Positions 56,727 through 64,000 of a stretch of DNA of 64,000 nucleotides are shown piece after piece. The DNA comes from Dictyostelium discoideum (Eukaryota). Numbering within the stretch: the stretch's first letter is position 1; every line of letters starts with the position of its first letter. A model generated the notes under the pieces. It was not told the DNA's origin. It saw only the letters and a program-made list of their open reading frames with translations, and did not search any database. The position numbers were made by a program, and so were the translations under genes. The stretch lies in contig CM000151.3 of the NCBI GenBank assembly GCA_000004695.1, positions 4,320,001-4,384,000 of the forward strand. Reading direction: 5' to 3'.

Positions 56727-58417
56727 TTATTCATCATCTTCTTCATCATCATCATCTTCTCCTTCTTCATCACCTTCATCTTCATCTTCTTCATCTTCAT
56801 CTTCATCGTCTTCATCTTCTTCGTCTTCATCTTCATCTTCCATCTCTATATTAACTTTCATTTTTTTAGTTGGTTGATTTGCTATTGCTTCCTCTTCTTC
56901 ACTATCAACTTCATCATCATCATCATCTTCATCTTCATCATCATCATCTTGGTCATCTTCATCTTCACTATCATCAATAGATTTAATATTTGAGACTTGA
57001 CCAATTGATAAAGTTGTTAATCTAAAACCAGTTTCAGCACAACCAACAGGTAATATAGTTTCAGCTGGATTCCAAACAATAATTAAACCATCTGATGAAA
57101 TTGTAACAACAAAAGTTTTATCAACACCATCAAATCTCAATAAATCAATACCTTTAATTCTATTTTCATGACCCATTAATTGTTTAGTAATTTTACCACC
57201 ATTTTTATAATCAATAAATGTTAATAATTTATCTTCACCACCAACCATTAATGTATTATCCTATTATAAAAAAAAAAAAAAAAAATTAAAAAAGTTAATA
57301 AATAAAATTATAATTTATAATTTATAATTTATAAATAAAATACAATACATCTAAAAATTTAATTGCTAAAATTTGTAATTTAAATTCTAAAGAAACTAAT
57401 TCTTCAAAATTTGAAGAATTATAAATAACAAGTTTATCTTTAAAAACTATAGCATAATGTTCACCAGAAGGTGACCATTGTACTATGAAACCTTCAGATT
57501 TAAATTTAAGGAAATGTGCACTTGTACCTTTTGTAAGATCCCAAAGGAACAATCTTCTATCTTTACTAACTGATAATGCAACTTTACCAGATGGATGAAC
57601 TGAAATTGAATTGATTGCACCTTTTGCTCCAGACATAACCTTTAGACATTCCCAATCACTTACTCTCCAAACACTAATTGTATTATCCATTGATCCTGCA
57701 AACATATGTGTATTCTTATAAAATTCAATACTTGTTACAAATCCTTCATGTTTTGATAATTGTCCAAATTCAACTTTTTTTTTTAAATCATAAACTCTAA
57801 AAAAAAAAAAAAAAAAAAATTTTATTAATATGTGTAATTATAATAATAATTATAATAATAATATAATAATATGCGATATAATATATTTACTTTAAAGTTT
57901 CATCAGTACTTGAACTTACTAAAATATTTTTAGTTGAAGCTAATGATTTTACACAACCAGTGTGTGAAGAATAACCATATTTCATTTGAAGGTCAACTTC
58001 AAAACCTTCCTCTGCAATACCTCCTCCAACATATGTTGCATCGAAACCTAAAATTGAATTTTCATAACATCCAACTGAAATTGATTGGGTTGTAAATTCT
58101 TTAGTTTTTTTATTTGATTTTGATTTGGCTTTTATTGGTTCAACTTTAGTTGTTACAGTTTTGCTTGGTAATGTTTCTGTTTTCTTTAATGCTGATTTTA
58201 TTGGTTGTTGTTTAGTTGGTGCTTGTTGTTTAGTTGGTGCTTGTTTTTTAGTTGGTGCTTGTTGTTTAGTTGGTGCTTGTTGTTTAGTTGGTGCTTGTTG
58301 TTTGGTTGGTGCTTGTTGTTGTGGTGGTTTTGATTCTGTTTTTACTGGTTTAGCTGTAGTTTGTTTTTTAACTACAGTACCATTTTTTTCTGGTTCTGAT
58401 CTCTTTTTAATTGACAT
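56727..58417 (-). CDS. PAK1IP1/MAK11-like WD40-repeat protein with an N-terminal K/Q-rich region containing six APTKQQ repeats and a long Asp/Glu-rich C-terminal tail. Three exons.
   Basis: Exons on the minus strand (approximate): 58417..57889 (MSIKKRSEPEK...QQAPTKQQAPTKQQ...GCYENSILGFDATYVGGGIAEEGFEVDLQMKYGYSSHTGCVKSLASTKNILVSSSTDETLK, donor gtaaat); 57769..57337 (VYDLKKKVEFGQLSKHEGFVTSIEFYKNTHMFAGSMDNTISVWRVSDWECLKVMSGAKGAINSISVHPSGKVALSVSKDRRLFLWDLTKGTSA...IVFKDKLVIYNSSNFEELVSLEFKLQILAIKFLD, donor gtattg); 57252..56727 (DNTLMVGGEDKLLTFIDYKNGGKITKQLMGHENRIKGIDLL...ISSDGLIIVWNP..., then an (E/D)n tail). Repeated WD signatures (SGSxDxTIxVW, LWDL) and the overall architecture match PAK1-interacting protein 1 / Mak11. 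Confidence 0.75.
58190..58325. repeat. Seven tandem copies of an 18-bp unit (ttggtgcttgttgtttag on the plus strand) encoding the APTKQQ hexapeptide repeats of the WD40 gene on the minus strand.
   Basis: Direct reading: agttggtgcttgttgttt repeated seven times with one 19-bp variant. The minus-strand translation gives QQAPTKQQAPTKQQAPTKQQAPTKKQAPTKQQAPTKQQ. Confidence 0.85.
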
Positions 58418-58914
58418 TTTTATATATATACAAAATTATTTGATTTTTTTTTTTTTTTTTTTATTAATGAAAATAAAAAAAAACTCGCGTTTTTCTTTAA
58501 CGAACGAAAAAAAAAAAAAAAAATTAAAAAAAAATAAAAATAAAAAAAATAAAATGTTGAGAAATTTTTTATCATATTTTTTATTTTTGGAATTTAATTA
58601 TTTACCATCCACTTTGGTTTTGGAAATAATTGTTTTTATTATGAAGAAAAAAAAAAGTGGGAGAATAAAATTTTTAATATATATATATATAAAAATAAAA
58701 ATAAAATAAAGAAATTTTTTTATTTTTAAACAATGATTTTTTAATTTTATTTATTTTTAATTAGGATTTAGTATATATATAATACACAAAGTGATATAAA
58801 ATATAAAAAATAAAAAAAAAATGAATGATAAAAAAATAATTAAATTTTAAAAATAAAATTTTTGTTGAAAAAAAAAAAAAAAAAACAAAACAAAACAAAA
58901 AACAGAATTCTGTT

Positions 58915-58958
<44 letters not shown>

Positions 58959-59149
58959 AAAATGAGAAAATAAAATATTTAATACTGTAGTGATGATGTA
59001 AGATTTTTTTTTTTTTTTTTAAATGTTTATATATGTTTTTTTTTTTTTTACTTATTTTAATTTTTTTTTTTTTTTTATTTTATTATTTTTTTATTTTTTT
59101 TTTTTGAAAAACTTTCGAATCAAATAAATGATTGGAAATTAAATTATAT

Positions 59150-62891
<3,742 letters not shown>

Positions 62892-63694
62892 TTAAACAAA
62901 TAATAATAATAGCAAGTTGATACTTTTTTAAATGAAAATTTAAATAATTCTTAAATTTTAGTCTCTAAAATTAATTATTTTTTTTTTTTTGGTATAAATT
63001 TTAATATTTTTTTTTTTTTTTTTTTTTGTAAGTATCTATTTTTTTTTTTTATTTATTTATTTATTCTCTTTTATCTCTTTTTTTTATTTATTTTTATTTT
63101 TATTTTTTATTTTGTTTGTTTAGTTACTTTTTTTTTAATTAATTGTTGTTTGTTGTTGTTTGTTTTTTTTTTTTTTTCTTTTTTTTTAACAAAAATTTTT
63201 TTTTTTAAATTTTTTTTTTTTTTTTATTAGTGGATAATAAATATGTTTGTTGTTTTTATAGTAAAGAGTATATATATATTTAAATATTTATTATAATACT
63301 CTTATAAACTATAAATATTATTACTACTACTATTATTAAATAATTCTATGATATCTAAATTGTTGTTTCTTATTTTTTTTTTCTTTAATATGTGTAGATA
63401 AATGTAAAAACAAATGACAAAATTTTTTTTTTTTTTTTCTAATTTTTTTTTTTTTATTTTTTTTTTATAAAAATCAAAAATGGGAGGGATTTTTCAATTA
63501 ACGGTGAATTTGAATTTAAAAATTAACACACCCATATCCGCGCTTTTTAAAATTTTTTTGAAAAAAAAAAAACTGGAAATGATCAGTGGAAAAGATCCAA
63601 TAGATTAAATTTTTTTAAATCTTGAAAAAAAAAAAAATTAAATTTTTTTTTTTTTTTTGTTTATATATATATATAAATTTTTTTTATTCCTTTT

Positions 63695-63734
<40 letters not shown>

Positions 63735-64000
63735 CATTATTTGTCGCAAGAAAAAAAAAAAAAAAAAAACAAAAAAAAAATAAACAAATAATTAAAGATT
63801 TTAATTTTTTTTATAAATTCAAGATTTTAGCAACAAATATCATATTATTTTGATCATCACTTTTAAAATGAATTTCTTTTTTTTTTTTTTGGACTATTTC
63901 CCAATTAACAAATTTTTTTTTTTTTTTTTTCCTAATCATTTTTTTTTTTTTTTTTTTTATTTAATCTTTTTTAAAATAATTTGAAAATATATATTATTTT

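Noticed and set aside
58125-58709. Plus-strand 194-aa ORF with repeated CLVGAC.
   Set aside because: It is the antisense of exon 1 of the WD40 gene, translating the 18-bp tandem repeat in the opposite direction.

Overview
The window is strongly AT-rich (about 75-80% A+T), with long homopolymer A/T tracts between genes, short AT-rich introns (GTAAGT...AG) and coding regions full of (AAT)n, (CAA)n and (TCA)n tracts. These are hallmarks of a Dictyostelium-type social-amoeba nuclear chromosome, not a prokaryote. About 20 protein-coding genes were identified, most of them multi-exon; I reconstructed the splicing by hand, so junctions are approximate (+/-2 nt). Reading left to right the genes are: a partial Zn2Cys6-like gene; an N-rich type I membrane protein; a very unusual protein with about six tandem GNAT-like repeats; a serine carboxypeptidase (S10) convergent with a tandem array of four secreted class-3 lipase paralogues; a Cdc73/parafibromin orthologue; a TMX-like membrane thioredoxin/PDI protein; a FYVE-RhoGEF-PH protein; a 5'-truncated TRE-type non-LTR retrotransposon next to a tRNA-Gly(GCC) gene; a second N-rich membrane protein; a 916-aa coiled-coil protein; a mucin-like secreted protein; a ubiquitin-conjugating enzyme (E2) with an N-terminal inactive UEV domain plus a C-terminal active UBC domain; a USP7-like protein with four MATH domains and USP7-type C-terminal UBL domains but no protease core; a PAK1IP1/MAK11-like WD40 protein; and a polo-like kinase. 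No rRNA, CRISPR or prokaryotic-type features are present. Many short low-complexity ORFs in the ORF track are antisense or microsatellite artefacts.
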